In this document: positions 1 through 8,467 of the stretch, piece by piece
Position numbering within the stretch: the first letter of the stretch is position 1
How the letters are laid out: each line of letters opens with the position of its first letter
DNA from: Pseudomonadota bacterium
GTDB taxonomy: Bacteria > Pseudomonadota > Gammaproteobacteria > JAKAQQ01
NCBI GenBank assembly: GCA_027320085.1
Contig: DAHVLZ010000009.1
Span: 288,001 to 352,000 of the forward strand
Length of the DNA stretch: 64,000 nucleotides
Direction of reading: 5' to 3'
Translations under genes and position numbers: made by a program
Notes under the pieces: generated by a model
Database searches by the model: none
Told to the model about the DNA's origin: nothing
Seen by the model: the letters and a program-made list of their open reading frames with translations, nothing else

Positions 1-429
1 CCACAGACTAGGACGCCCACCATCCGCTCCTACCAAGCACAACCAAGAATCCGTTTGCTTACCTACCCCGCGGGCTCTGCTTTTATTCCACTTAATCAAA
101 AATATAGCGCCTTAGTCGCCGCTCTGCTTGATCCGAACAGCCCCTATAACCTCTTGTACCTTGGGTTTTTCCATAATCTTTTTGACCACCTCCCTCGCTT
201 GCCTCAGGCTCGTTTGGAAACAATTGCCCGCCAGCTTCTCAGAACCCACCCGAAACTCGCTCGCGGATTTCTTCACCGGATCCTCGATCGCCGCTTTGCG
301 GGGAACCCGCGCAGCCGTCTTGACTTCTTTTATCGGCACCTGTTCCGTGATCCCGTCTCCCGACATCTGTACCCCGTCGCCGAGTGGCCGGCCACATCTC
401 AAGACCGGACACCACTGCCTACACCGTGA
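1..429 (+). CDS. C-terminal part (5'-truncated by window edge) of a probable M14-family zinc carboxypeptidase-like protein
   Basis: Frame 1 is open from base 1 to TGA 427-429. PAGSAFIPLNQ..LLDPNSP..LGFFHNLF..FAGNPRSRLDFFY..LYPV resembles the C-terminus of proteobacterial M14 peptidases. The stop overlaps the next start (GTGA). Confidence 0.6.
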   Translation, partial: PQTRTPTIRSYQAQPRIRLLTYPAGSAFIPLNQKYSALVAALLDPNSPYNLLYLGFFHNLFDHLPRLPQARLETIARQLLRTHPKLARGFLHRILDRRFAGNPRSRLDFFYRHLFRDPVSRHLYPVAEWPATSQDRTPLPTP

Positions 430-1655
430 AAATCCTGGTTGCTGAAAGTTCGCGTCTGTTCCACCTCGCCTGGGAGCGCCTGATCCGGGATTTGGGGCAG
501 GAACCGGTTTTTGCGACAACGGGGGAAGAAGCCATCCGGTGGGCACAAGAATCAGCCTGCCATACGGGACTGATTTCCCATACCTTGCCTGACATGGACG
601 GGGAGCGTTGTCTCGCCCGCATCCAGCAGCTGGCTCCAATTCCTCTCTTCCGCCCGGTTGTGGTCACATCTAACCCGGACAGTTGGGGGATAGCGCTTAT
701 GAAAGAGCCGGTTTGGGAAGTGGTTGACCGACAGAACCTACCCGCCATCCGGCAGATCCTTGAAGATCGGATCCGGGATTACGCGATCCAGTCTTTCCTA
801 CCCGTTCTGTACCTTGACGATAGCCAAGTGGCGGCAAAGCACATGCAGAATCTGTTTGCCAAACTGGGGGTCACCCTCCACCACTTTCCAACCCCAAATG
901 AGGCTCTCCATGCTCTTGGAGAAAACGCCTACGAACTAGTACTGTGTGACGTTCAGATCGAAGACGCGGCAACCGGCTACGCTTTGGTCCCCAAAATCCG
1001 TCATGCAATCCAGACTGGGGAGCGCCCCCCACTCGTTCTTGTTTCTGCAAATGACAGTCCCGACCAGAGACAACTGGCTATACTTTCCGGGGCAGACGAC
1101 TTCTGGAGTAAATCGATTTCTATAGGAGTCGTCCAAAAGCATCTGGAAGGCTACCGTGAGACTCGCCTCCTCCGTGAACGGATTGTTCAGCTGGAACAGA
1201 AGGTACTAGCGGAGCGTTTTCTCGAATCGGAAAGCAGCCTCCCAAACGAGCGCGCGCTTCAGGCTTATGCAAACTGGCGCTTCCGTGCCGGATTTGCGGA
1301 ATCTACCCTGATCCGTGTGGTCCTAGTTCATCTCCATGGCCAGTGTGAGACCGAGAGGGATACATCAGAATACCCTAGTCCAGTCACACACTGGCCAGAA
1401 CTCAAAAAATGGAAGTCCTTGCTCCCACGGACGGTTTTTTGCGCCCTCCTCTCTCACAGTCAGTTGGTTGTGATCATGCCCGCCATGTCAGATGATTCTT
1501 CAACTGAGCCGCTTCCTTGGTATGGATTGCCCCCCCTGCCTTACACACTGGCACCTGCTGGCATATCTGATACCACCAGTCTCGTCATCCATGCCGGAGC
1601 TAGTTTTGAGGAAGTCTGGCTAAATTTGAAACTAGAACACGAAACGGCTGACTAA
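426..1655 (+). CDS. Response regulator with two receiver domains and a degenerate GGDEF-like C-terminus
   Basis: GTG start at 426 (KILVAESS). REC1 has ..LISHTLPDMDG. REC2 has VLYLDDS..LVLCD..LVSA..GADDFWSK. The C-terminal SSLPNERAL resembles TGLPNRR. Confidence 0.8.
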   Translation: MKILVAESSRLFHLAWERLIRDLGQEPVFATTGEEAIRWAQESACHTGLISHTLPDMDGERCLARIQQLAPIPLFRPVVVTSNPDSWGIALMKEPVWEVVDRQNLPAIRQILEDRIRDYAIQSFLPVLYLDDSQVAAKHMQNLFAKLGVTLHHFPTPNEALHALGENAYELVLCDVQIEDAATGYALVPKIRHAIQTGERPPLVLVSANDSPDQRQLAILSGADDFWSKSISIGVVQKHLEGYRETRLLRERIVQLEQKVLAERFLESESSLPNERALQAYANWRFRAGFAESTLIRVVLVHLHGQCETERDTSEYPSPVTHWPELKKWKSLLPRTVFCALLSHSQLVVIMPAMSDDSSTEPLPWYGLPPLPYTLAPAGISDTTSLVIHAGASFEEVWLNLKLEHETAD

Positions 1656-1684
1656 CCTGGATTCACGCCTGCTTTATTTCTTGG

Positions 1685-1963
1685 TCAAAAATCCGGCAAA
1701 CAATCCGAATAGTCATCCCTTAGGATATCCCGTGCCCGGCTAGCATCTGCTTGCCCCACCTGCAGTTTGATTCCACCTACAGTCAGAGCATAGAGCCAAT
1801 CCATCTGCACAAGATGGTGGTCTTTCATCCGGACCGTAATTCCTTCCGTCTGAAGCCGGCCGGCAACAATATTGGCATTGACTTGGTCATCAAATACCGC
1901 GACGGTGACGAAGCTACTGGAGCTATCTGGATCAGTTAGACCAGACGACTCAAGCGCGCGCAC
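1685..1963 (-). CDS. DUF2007-type small putative signal-transducing protein
   Basis: VTVAVFDDQVNANIVAGRLQTEGI..GGIKLQV..ASRARDIL pattern; follows tatC. Confidence 0.7.
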   Translation of the reverse strand: MRALESSGLTDPDSSSSFVTVAVFDDQVNANIVAGRLQTEGITVRMKDHHLVQMDWLYALTVGGIKLQVGQADASRARDILRDDYSDCLPDF

Positions 1964-2696
1964 GTTCTGAATCCAGATGTCGTACCAGGATTAAACCGAG
2001 TTCGTAGAGTCCGTACATCGGAAGACCCAGCAGTGTCATAGATAGGGCATCAGGGGGCGTCAAGAATGCCGCAATAATAAAGCAGATCAGAAAAACATAG
2101 CGTCGCTGTTTCCTGAGTGTTTCCTCCCTGACAAGTCGTAGTGAAACCAGAAGGACAATCACTATGGGCATCTCAAACGAGATCCCAAAGGCTAACGCCA
2201 AATGGAGGCAGAAGGACAAATAGTTACGGATATCTGTCATCACGGCCACGCCCATCGGTGCAACAGAGACAAAGAAACGGAATGCCATCGGAAAAATTAC
2301 AAAATAGGCAAAGGCGATACCAATGTAAAAAAGTAACACGGCACTCACCAAAAGGGTGCGGGCAAAGCGCCTTTCCCATCGGTACAGAGCAGGAGCTACA
2401 AAAGCCCAAAGTTCATATAGGATCACTGGCATACAGAGAAGCAAGGTGACCAGTAGGGTGAGCTGGAATGGCACCACGAAGGGGGTTGAGACATGAATTG
2501 CAATCAGGTGGTCTCCAGGCGGCATAACCGATTCAAGGGGCTTCGCCAGAAACCGGAAAATCTCGTCAGACCATGGGATCAGCACCACAAAAATCACGAC
2601 GCAGAACCCGACCGACAACAAGAGACGACGTCTCAACTCGACTAGGTGCCCCACTAACGCGGGGGTTAACCATCGAGAATCTGGCATCTTACTCAT
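1950..2696 (-). CDS. tatC: Twin-arginine translocase subunit TatC
   Basis: HLVELRRRLL, WAFVAPALY, FEMP and TPPDALS motifs; about 6 TM segments. Confidence 0.97.
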   Translation of the reverse strand: MSKMPDSRWLTPALVGHLVELRRRLLLSVGFCVVIFVVLIPWSDEIFRFLAKPLESVMPPGDHLIAIHVSTPFVVPFQLTLLVTLLLCMPVILYELWAFVAPALYRWERRFARTLLVSAVLLFYIGIAFAYFVIFPMAFRFFVSVAPMGVAVMTDIRNYLSFCLHLALAFGISFEMPIVIVLLVSLRLVREETLRKQRRYVFLICFIIAAFLTPPDALSMTLLGLPMYGLYELGLILVRHLDSERARA

Positions 2697-2953
2697 CGTT
2701 CGGGTGGACGATCCGACGTGGGACCGGGTTTCCGTTCCGGATGGTGATCTTGGATCTTCCGGAACGGCTCTTGCATGGGCTCGTCCGAGCCTAGGGCTTG
2801 GTCAAACTCCTCGCTTAACCGTGCCCAAACTTGGCGCACCTGCCGAACCCACCGGCCTAACTGGCGAGCACAGACGGGGATCTGTTCTGGCCCGAGAACT
2901 AGAAGGGCAAGAACCGCGAGTACTACGATCTCGCCCATTCCAAAATCGAACAT
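2693..2953 (-). CDS. tatB: Twin-arginine translocase subunit TatB
   Basis: MFDFGMGEIVVLAVLALLVLGPEQIP; start reassigned to ATG 2953; ATGA overlap with tatC. Confidence 0.92.
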   Translation of the reverse strand: MFDFGMGEIVVLAVLALLVLGPEQIPVCARQLGRWVRQVRQVWARLSEEFDQALGSDEPMQEPFRKIQDHHPERKPGPTSDRPPER

Positions 2954-3023
2954 GCACCCTCCTCGAACTGCGTAGCCGCAGATTGCCTCCAGCCCGCATT
3001 CGGGCTTCTCCTTATTCCGGGTG

Positions 3024-3254
3024 TTAAGTGGGTGGAGTTGGAGGAGAAGGAGGTTCAACCCGGTTGGTGTGGGTGGGCGAATTTGGCTCGGGCGTCTTTG
3101 CAACCGTCTCCTCGCCATTCAAGGCTTCCCGGAAGCTCCGTACCGCCTTTCCTAAGTCCGCGCCGATCGTTCGCAGACGCCCCGCACCGAAGATCACGAC
3201 CACAATCATGAAAATGATAAGCAAATGCCATATGCTGAGACCGTCTAAACCCAT
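3024..3254 (-). CDS. tatA: Twin-arginine translocase subunit TatA
   Basis: LSIWHLLIIFMIVVVIFGAGRLRTIGADLGKAVRSFREAL. Confidence 0.95.
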   Translation of the reverse strand: MGLDGLSIWHLLIIFMIVVVIFGAGRLRTIGADLGKAVRSFREALNGEETVAKTPEPNSPTHTNRVEPPSPPTPPT

Positions 3255-3308
3255 TGCACGGCCCTCCGCGGACAAACCAAAACATATACATTCTAGCGCA
3301 AATATCCA

Positions 3309-3752
3309 TCAGCCACTCAGCAAAAATGTTACGGGACCATCATTGACCAGTCCCACTTCCATGTGAGCCCCAAAACAGCCCGCTTGGGCCAAACATTCCC
3401 CACCGCATTTCCGTGCGTGCTCTAGAACGGCCTGGAATAACTCAGCGCTGAGTGCCGGTGGCAGTGCCGGGGAGAGGTCTGCTCGTCGCCCCCGCTGTGT
3501 ACCCGCTGCCAGGGTAAACTCCGGAACCCATAGGATCTGACCTGAAATGGCTCGCACATCCCGGCTGAAGTGGCCATTGGTATCCGCAAACAAGCGGTAG
3601 CCGATAATCCGATCGACTAGTCGAAGTACCCGAAGTATCTCATCGCCCCGCTCAAATGCCAGGAAAACGACGATGCCCATCTCAATTGCTGCAACTTCTC
3701 GACCTAAAATTGAAACCCGGGCCTGAGTGACCCTTTGAAGGAGAGCTTTCAT
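3309..3752 (-). CDS. dtd: D-aminoacyl-tRNA deacylase
   Basis: MKALLQRVTQARV, PEFTL (SQFTL-equivalent), FGAHMEVGLVNDGPVT; GAGG RBS before ATG 3752. Confidence 0.93.
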   Translation of the reverse strand: MKALLQRVTQARVSILGREVAAIEMGIVVFLAFERGDEILRVLRLVDRIIGYRLFADTNGHFSRDVRAISGQILWVPEFTLAAGTQRGRRADLSPALPPALSAELFQAVLEHARKCGGECLAQAGCFGAHMEVGLVNDGPVTFLLSG

Positions 3753-3836
3753 ATCCTCTAGACCTTGACTTTTCCGTCCCGAATGGGACCTGTTTTGTGT
3801 GATGGAACAAGAAAACCGGGATTTCGGCATGGGATC

Positions 3837-3854
3837 TGTAAACATCTGTTTACA
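3837..3854. promoter_or_regulatory. Perfect inverted repeat TGTAAACA-tc-TGTTTACA, probable operator upstream of dtd-tatABC
   Basis: 8-bp arms with a 2-bp spacer in an AT-rich intergenic patch about 85 bp before the dtd start. Confidence 0.5.
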
Positions 3855-4044
3855 AAATTTATCTACATCTGTTGGTTCCTATTAGCTGCCACTTGCGTCA
3901 CACTATATCCACGACAGGGAACAGCGACGAGCAGAGGGAGGGCGGGGGATGGTGGGGTCAAAGGCGTCGCTTGCCCCAAGAAACCTCGGGCACTCATCCC
4001 CCCCCAGGACCGCTTGCTGTAGAACAATCTGGCCCTTCTCAGAG

Positions 4045-4512
4045 TCAATAGGGAAAACCCAACCGTTGGTAAAGCGCCGCAAGTAACCAGAGCGGACCAA
4101 TCAGGAGGAATTGGAGATCCCGGGAAAATGCCGGCTTACGGCCTTCAATCCGGTGCCCAACAAACTGACCGATCCATGCCATAACAAATATAGGCAACGC
4201 GAGTTGCCAAATCGCAGAAGTGACTTGTCCAGCCTCATAGACAACTGCCACAGTCGCGATGCCCACGATGCTCATGCCAATAGCCAAACGCCAATTCAAT
4301 GCATAGTAATAAACGAGTGCCAGAACCAGGAACAATACGCCCCAGTTGAGGAAAACTGAAACACGTATCCAGCGTATAGGTTCCGGGATCGACCAGAGCA
4401 AACCAACTAGCGAAACCATAATGAGCGGGATACAAATCCAGTGAATGGACTTGTTGACCGGAGATTGGTGGCTTTCGCCATATTCAGTAAGCCAGCTTTG
4501 AATACTGCGCAC
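4045..4512 (-). CDS. DUF962/Mpo1-like membrane protein
   Basis: YGESHQSPVNKSIHWICIP and WIGQFVGHRIEGRKPAF..LLIGPLW. Confidence 0.9.
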   Translation of the reverse strand: MRSIQSWLTEYGESHQSPVNKSIHWICIPLIMVSLVGLLWSIPEPIRWIRVSVFLNWGVLFLVLALVYYYALNWRLAIGMSIVGIATVAVVYEAGQVTSAIWQLALPIFVMAWIGQFVGHRIEGRKPAFSRDLQFLLIGPLWLLAALYQRLGFPY

Positions 4513-4698
4513 GACAGATCTCCTCGATCACAGAGTACGAAATTCCGCAGATACCATCCCCCCCAGCAGGGTAAAAAGGCCTCGCGGGCCCGGGCTGGTA
4601 TATGATGATAACCGGGTCACCGACAAGCGTAGGATCCGACGCACAGCCGGCTCGGGGTTTGGTACTTTTCTTTGTGTATCCGCTGACTTAGGAGTCTT

Positions 4699-5373
4699 TT
4701 GGGCAAGATGTCCGTCGAACGAAACCTGTTTATTCCAGGGACCGCGGGACGCCTTGAGGCACGAGTTACAGAACCAGTGACGGGATCGTCCGGGTCTTCA
4801 GGGGCGATTGCCGTTGTTCTGCACCCTCATCCGCTCTTTCAAGGCAGTCTGGAAAACAAGGTGGTTTTCACGCTAACCCGAGCAGCCTCAAGTGCCGGTG
4901 CAGGGACTATCCGCTTCAATTTTCGTGGGGTCGGGAAGAGTGAAGGGCATTACGGGGAGGGGATCGGCGAACTCGCCGATGTTCATTCCGTCGTGTCCTG
5001 GGCTCGCGCGCAATGGGGTCCTGAACCAGCACTCTGGCTTCTCGGGTTCTCTTTCGGTGCCGGACTGGCTATCCAGAGTACCCGTGCACTAGAAGGCACT
5101 GCTTTGGTCACAATTGCCCCGCCAGTTCACCACCTTGCACTCGCACCCGAGCAGCTTCCGGCTTGCCCTTGGTTAATCATTCAGGGCGAAGACGACGAAA
5201 TAGTCCCAGTACCCGCAGTCATCGATTGGAGCAGGAAACTGCCCACGCAAGCTATTTTCGAGCTCTGGCCACAGGTTACTCACTTTTTCCACGGGCAATT
5301 GGTACCGCTCAGATCAACCGTTAGCCGCTTTTTGGTTGACCGTATCCACCAACCTCTGCCTTCTACAAGCTGA
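4699..5373 (+). CDS. Alpha/beta-fold hydrolase
   Basis: HPHPLFQGSLENKVV, RFNFRGVGKSEG, GFSFG nucleophile, QGEDDE, HFFHG. Confidence 0.92.
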   Translation: MGKMSVERNLFIPGTAGRLEARVTEPVTGSSGSSGAIAVVLHPHPLFQGSLENKVVFTLTRAASSAGAGTIRFNFRGVGKSEGHYGEGIGELADVHSVVSWARAQWGPEPALWLLGFSFGAGLAIQSTRALEGTALVTIAPPVHHLALAPEQLPACPWLIIQGEDDEIVPVPAVIDWSRKLPTQAIFELWPQVTHFFHGQLVPLRSTVSRFLVDRIHQPLPSTS

Positions 5374-5417
5374 AAGGCAAGACCTTCCAGCGCCAACTGC
5401 GCTCCCAGAGGAGGCGT

Positions 5418-5464
5418 AAACCCCACCGGAGGGGGACGACAGGGCACCGGTGGGGTTTTCTTTA
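5418..5464. terminator. Probable intrinsic terminator between convergent genes
   Basis: AAACCCCACCGG (5418-5429) and CCGGTGGGGTTT (5447-5458) form a perfect 12-bp stem followed by a T-rich tract; the loop is long (17 nt). Confidence 0.6.
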
Positions 5465-5466
5465 CT

Positions 5467-5790
5467 TCAGACCATATCCTTGAGCTTTTTGAGTGCCTGT
5501 ACCTTGACAACGTTTCGGGCCGGCCTCGCCTTAAAGGTTGTAGGCTCGCCAGTAAAGGGATTGACTCCCTTCCGAGCCTTGACCGCCGGCTTATGCACCA
5601 GCTTGATCTTGAGAATTCCGGGCATCACGAACATTCCCGGACCCCGTTTACCGAGACTTTTCTTGATCAACCCCTCAAACGTATCGAAGACGGTACTGAT
5701 CTGCTTACGCGTCAGGTTCGTCTCTTCGGAAATTTTCCGAACGATCTCGCTTTTAGTAAGTGGTTTGGAGGTCTGATTATTGCTAGCCAT
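5467..5790 (-). CDS. HU-family histone-like DNA-binding protein
   Basis: LTKSEIVRKISEETNLTRKQI..ARKGVNPFTGE..FKARPARNVVKV; GAGG RBS before ATG 5790. Confidence 0.92.
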   Translation of the reverse strand: MASNNQTSKPLTKSEIVRKISEETNLTRKQISTVFDTFEGLIKKSLGKRGPGMFVMPGILKIKLVHKPAVKARKGVNPFTGEPTTFKARPARNVVKVQALKKLKDMV

Positions 5791-5897
5791 AAGATCCTCT
5801 AGGGTTACGGAAAGGGAGAACAACGTTGCGGAATGTATCATAACCTGCGCCAGAAAGGTAGCGCCGCCTCTCTAGGGCAAACCACCTCCTCAGGCTT

Positions 5898-6458
5898 TTA
5901 TACAAACCGGATGGAGGGGAGAAGAATATTGATGAAGAACAGGATTGCGAGCGCCAAAAGGGGAGAAAAGTCGAGCCCACCGGTTGCAGGCACGAAACGA
6001 CGCAAGGGCCGCAGGATCGGTTCATTGATGGCATAAAGAAAACTCGTCATGGGATGCTGCACGTAGGGGGGCTGGATCCAACTCATGAGAGCCCCAACGA
6101 TCAGAGTAAAAATGTAAAAATCATCCAAGAGAGTTGCACATTTAACGAGTGCGGCGAGTGCGAGCACACCCCCGCTAAGGGGGCGGCCAGCAATCCCGGC
6201 CAAGATGGCCACGTCAAGCCCGCATAGCACAACGGCGACGATAAGACTCCACCAGTCACGGCGCATCACTCGGCTCCCAGACCAATGGTAGAGTGGCTTC
6301 AGAACCGGCCATGTCAACCGGCCGATGCTCTGTACTACAGGATGGGAGAAGTTGAGAGGTCCCCAGCTCATGGCGAATCGCGAGAGAAAAAGTAGGGCAC
6401 CGACCGTGAATAGGAAATTCACCAGAAAAAGCCAGGCGCTGGACCAGTGCAGAATCAT
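5898..6458 (-). CDS. yggT: YggT family membrane protein
   Basis: Two YGGT repeats (LTWPVLKPL; NEPILRPLRRFVP..GLDFSP); coupled to proC. Confidence 0.9.
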   Translation of the reverse strand: MILHWSSAWLFLVNFLFTVGALLFLSRFAMSWGPLNFSHPVVQSIGRLTWPVLKPLYHWSGSRVMRRDWWSLIVAVVLCGLDVAILAGIAGRPLSGGVLALAALVKCATLLDDFYIFTLIVGALMSWIQPPYVQHPMTSFLYAINEPILRPLRRFVPATGGLDFSPLLALAILFFINILLPSIRFV

Positions 6459-7345
6459 GCTGTCTCAGTTTCTCGGATTTGTTGCGCCAGTTCGGCGCCC
6501 CGTTCCCACGCGGCCGTTAGGGCCTGCGTAACGGCCGCCTCGAAACCCAGCTTTCGAAGTTGCTCGAGTGCCGCAGCCGTGGTTCCACCTGGCGAAGTCA
6601 CTCCTTCTCGCAGGCGTTCGAAATCCCCCCCATCTTGATCAGCCAGTTCCAAACTTCCCCGCCCGGTTTGCAACACAAGATCCGTCGCGAGAGCGGGATC
6701 CATCCCCTTGGCGGCTGCCGCATTTCGGAGACAAGCCATGAAGTGGAAAAAGTAGGCCGGGCCGCTACCGGCAAGGGCAGTGACCCCGTCCATCCACTCT
6801 TCCGATTTGAGCCAGTAGAGTCGTCCCAACCGACCGAGCAAATCTTCCAGGGTCTCATGATGCTCGGGTGCGAGATCAGGAGCATAGAGGGCAATCGCTC
6901 CCTGGTTCAGGGCTATCGCTAAATTCGGCATGGCCCGGATCACAACCGTTTGCCCCTCACAACACCACCGGCAGATCATCTCGCGTGTGATCCCTGCCAC
7001 AAAGCTTACCAGCAGGCGGCGTCGGCCAACGAGGTGGGAGGCAGCCGTTTCGAGCACCTGCCGCAGGGATCCCGGCCGGACAGCCACCAAAATCAGGTCG
7101 GATTCTGCCACCACCCGTCCCACATCATCCGACACAAAAGCACCTGACTCAGCCTTGATCCGTGAGCGCCGATCGGGATCACTTTCCGCTATAGAGAGGC
7201 GAGACGAGCTCCAGCCACTTCGCAAAAGTCCGGCAATGCAAGCCCCCCCCAAGTGTCCAGCCCCGAGAACCCCCACTTTCCCGATATCCCGGCTTGGAGC
7301 CCCCCCCCTTGGGGGGGGGGCGGGACGGCTTGCCGTTCTTGTCAC
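6455..7345 (-). CDS. proC: Pyrroline-5-carboxylate reductase (start uncertain, GTG 7345 chosen)
   Basis: GVLGAGHLG, RAMPN, TALAGSGPAYFF, VTSPGGTT. The longer ORF N-terminus overlaps pilT and is spurious. Confidence 0.93.
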   Translation of the reverse strand: MTRTASRPAPPPRGGAPSRDIGKVGVLGAGHLGGACIAGLLRSGWSSSRLSIAESDPDRRSRIKAESGAFVSDDVGRVVAESDLILVAVRPGSLRQVLETAASHLVGRRRLLVSFVAGITREMICRWCCEGQTVVIRAMPNLAIALNQGAIALYAPDLAPEHHETLEDLLGRLGRLYWLKSEEWMDGVTALAGSGPAYFFHFMACLRNAAAAKGMDPALATDLVLQTGRGSLELADQDGGDFERLREGVTSPGGTTAAALEQLRKLGFEAAVTQALTAAWERGAELAQQIRETETA

Positions 7346-7358
7346 TTCGCTATACCTT
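7330..7358 (+). promoter_or_regulatory. Possible sigma70 promoter for pilT
   Basis: TTGCCG-17 bp-TACCTT about 35 bp upstream of the pilT ATG. Confidence 0.3.
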
Positions 7359-7393
7359 GTAGGGAGCCCTGATGTTAACCCAGGAAAGTTTTC

Positions 7394-8464
7394 ATGCCTG
7401 AAGAAGCCATTCGCATCCTTGATATAGCCCAGCTTTTGGAGTTCGGCGTACGAAACAACGCCTCCGACCTCCATATTTCCGCCGGCGAGCCCCCGATGAT
7501 CCGGGTCGATGGAGACATCCGACGAATCAATTTGCCGCCCCTCGATGGAAAGAAAGTGCATGACATGATCTACGACATTATGAACGATAAACAAAGGAAG
7601 CACTTTGAGGAATTCATGGATTGCGATTTTTCTTTTGAAATCAGTAAGCTAGCACGGTTCCGGGTCAACGCGTTCAATCAACGCAGGGGGCCAGGTGCAG
7701 TCTTCCGTACCATTCCCTCCGATGTCAAGACACTCGAGGATCTCGCCAGTCCGCCGACCTTCAAGGAACTCGTATTGCGACCCCGTGGGCTTGTCCTGGT
7801 CACCGGGCCAACCGGGTCCGGGAAGTCGACGACGCTCGCCGCCATGGTCAACCACGTCAACGAAAGTGTCATGTCCCACATTCTCACGATCGAGGACCCG
7901 ATCGAGTTCGTGCACCAATCCAAGAAGTGTATTATCAACCAGAGGGAGATCCATGAGCACGCGCTCGGATTCGCAGAGGCCTTGCGTGCCGGATTGCGTG
8001 AAGATCCGGACGTGATTTTAGTAGGTGAAATGCGTGATCTCGAAACCATCCGTCTGGCTCTCACAGCCGCCGAAACCGGTCACTTGGTTTTTGCAACCCT
8101 GCACACGAGTTCTGCCGCCAAGACAGTCGACCGTATCGTTGATGTCTTCCCGGCTGCCGAGAAGGATATGGTCCGCACCATGCTTTCCGAGTCACTGCAG
8201 GCTGTCATCTCGCAAACCTTGCTCAAAAAGGTCGGCGGTGGACGGATTGCTGCCTACGAAATCATGACAGCCACTCCTGCGATCCGCAACCTGATTCGGG
8301 AAAACAAAGTAGCCCAGATGTACTCGGCCATCCAGACTGGGCAGGCACACGGCATGCAAACGTTGGACCAGTGCCTGTCTGAGTTGCTCCGCCGGGGCGC
8401 CATCACACGGGAGCAAGCTCGCATCAAGGCAACCAACAAAGAGCTGTTCGCCCCAGGGGGATAA
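7394..8464 (+). CDS. pilT: Type IV pilus retraction ATPase PilT
   Basis: ASDLH, GPTGSGKSTT, TIEDPIE, REDPDVILVGEMRD, GHLVFATLH, AIRNLIRE signature. Confidence 0.98.
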   Translation: MPEEAIRILDIAQLLEFGVRNNASDLHISAGEPPMIRVDGDIRRINLPPLDGKKVHDMIYDIMNDKQRKHFEEFMDCDFSFEISKLARFRVNAFNQRRGPGAVFRTIPSDVKTLEDLASPPTFKELVLRPRGLVLVTGPTGSGKSTTLAAMVNHVNESVMSHILTIEDPIEFVHQSKKCIINQREIHEHALGFAEALRAGLREDPDVILVGEMRDLETIRLALTAAETGHLVFATLHTSSAAKTVDRIVDVFPAAEKDMVRTMLSESLQAVISQTLLKKVGGGRIAAYEIMTATPAIRNLIRENKVAQMYSAIQTGQAHGMQTLDQCLSELLRRGAITREQARIKATNKELFAPGG

Positions 8465-8467
8465 TTC

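Noticed and set aside
112-366. Minus-strand 84-aa ORF (MSGDGITEQ...)
   Set aside because: It is antisense to the + strand frame, which has recognisable peptidase-like motifs and is coupled to the next gene.
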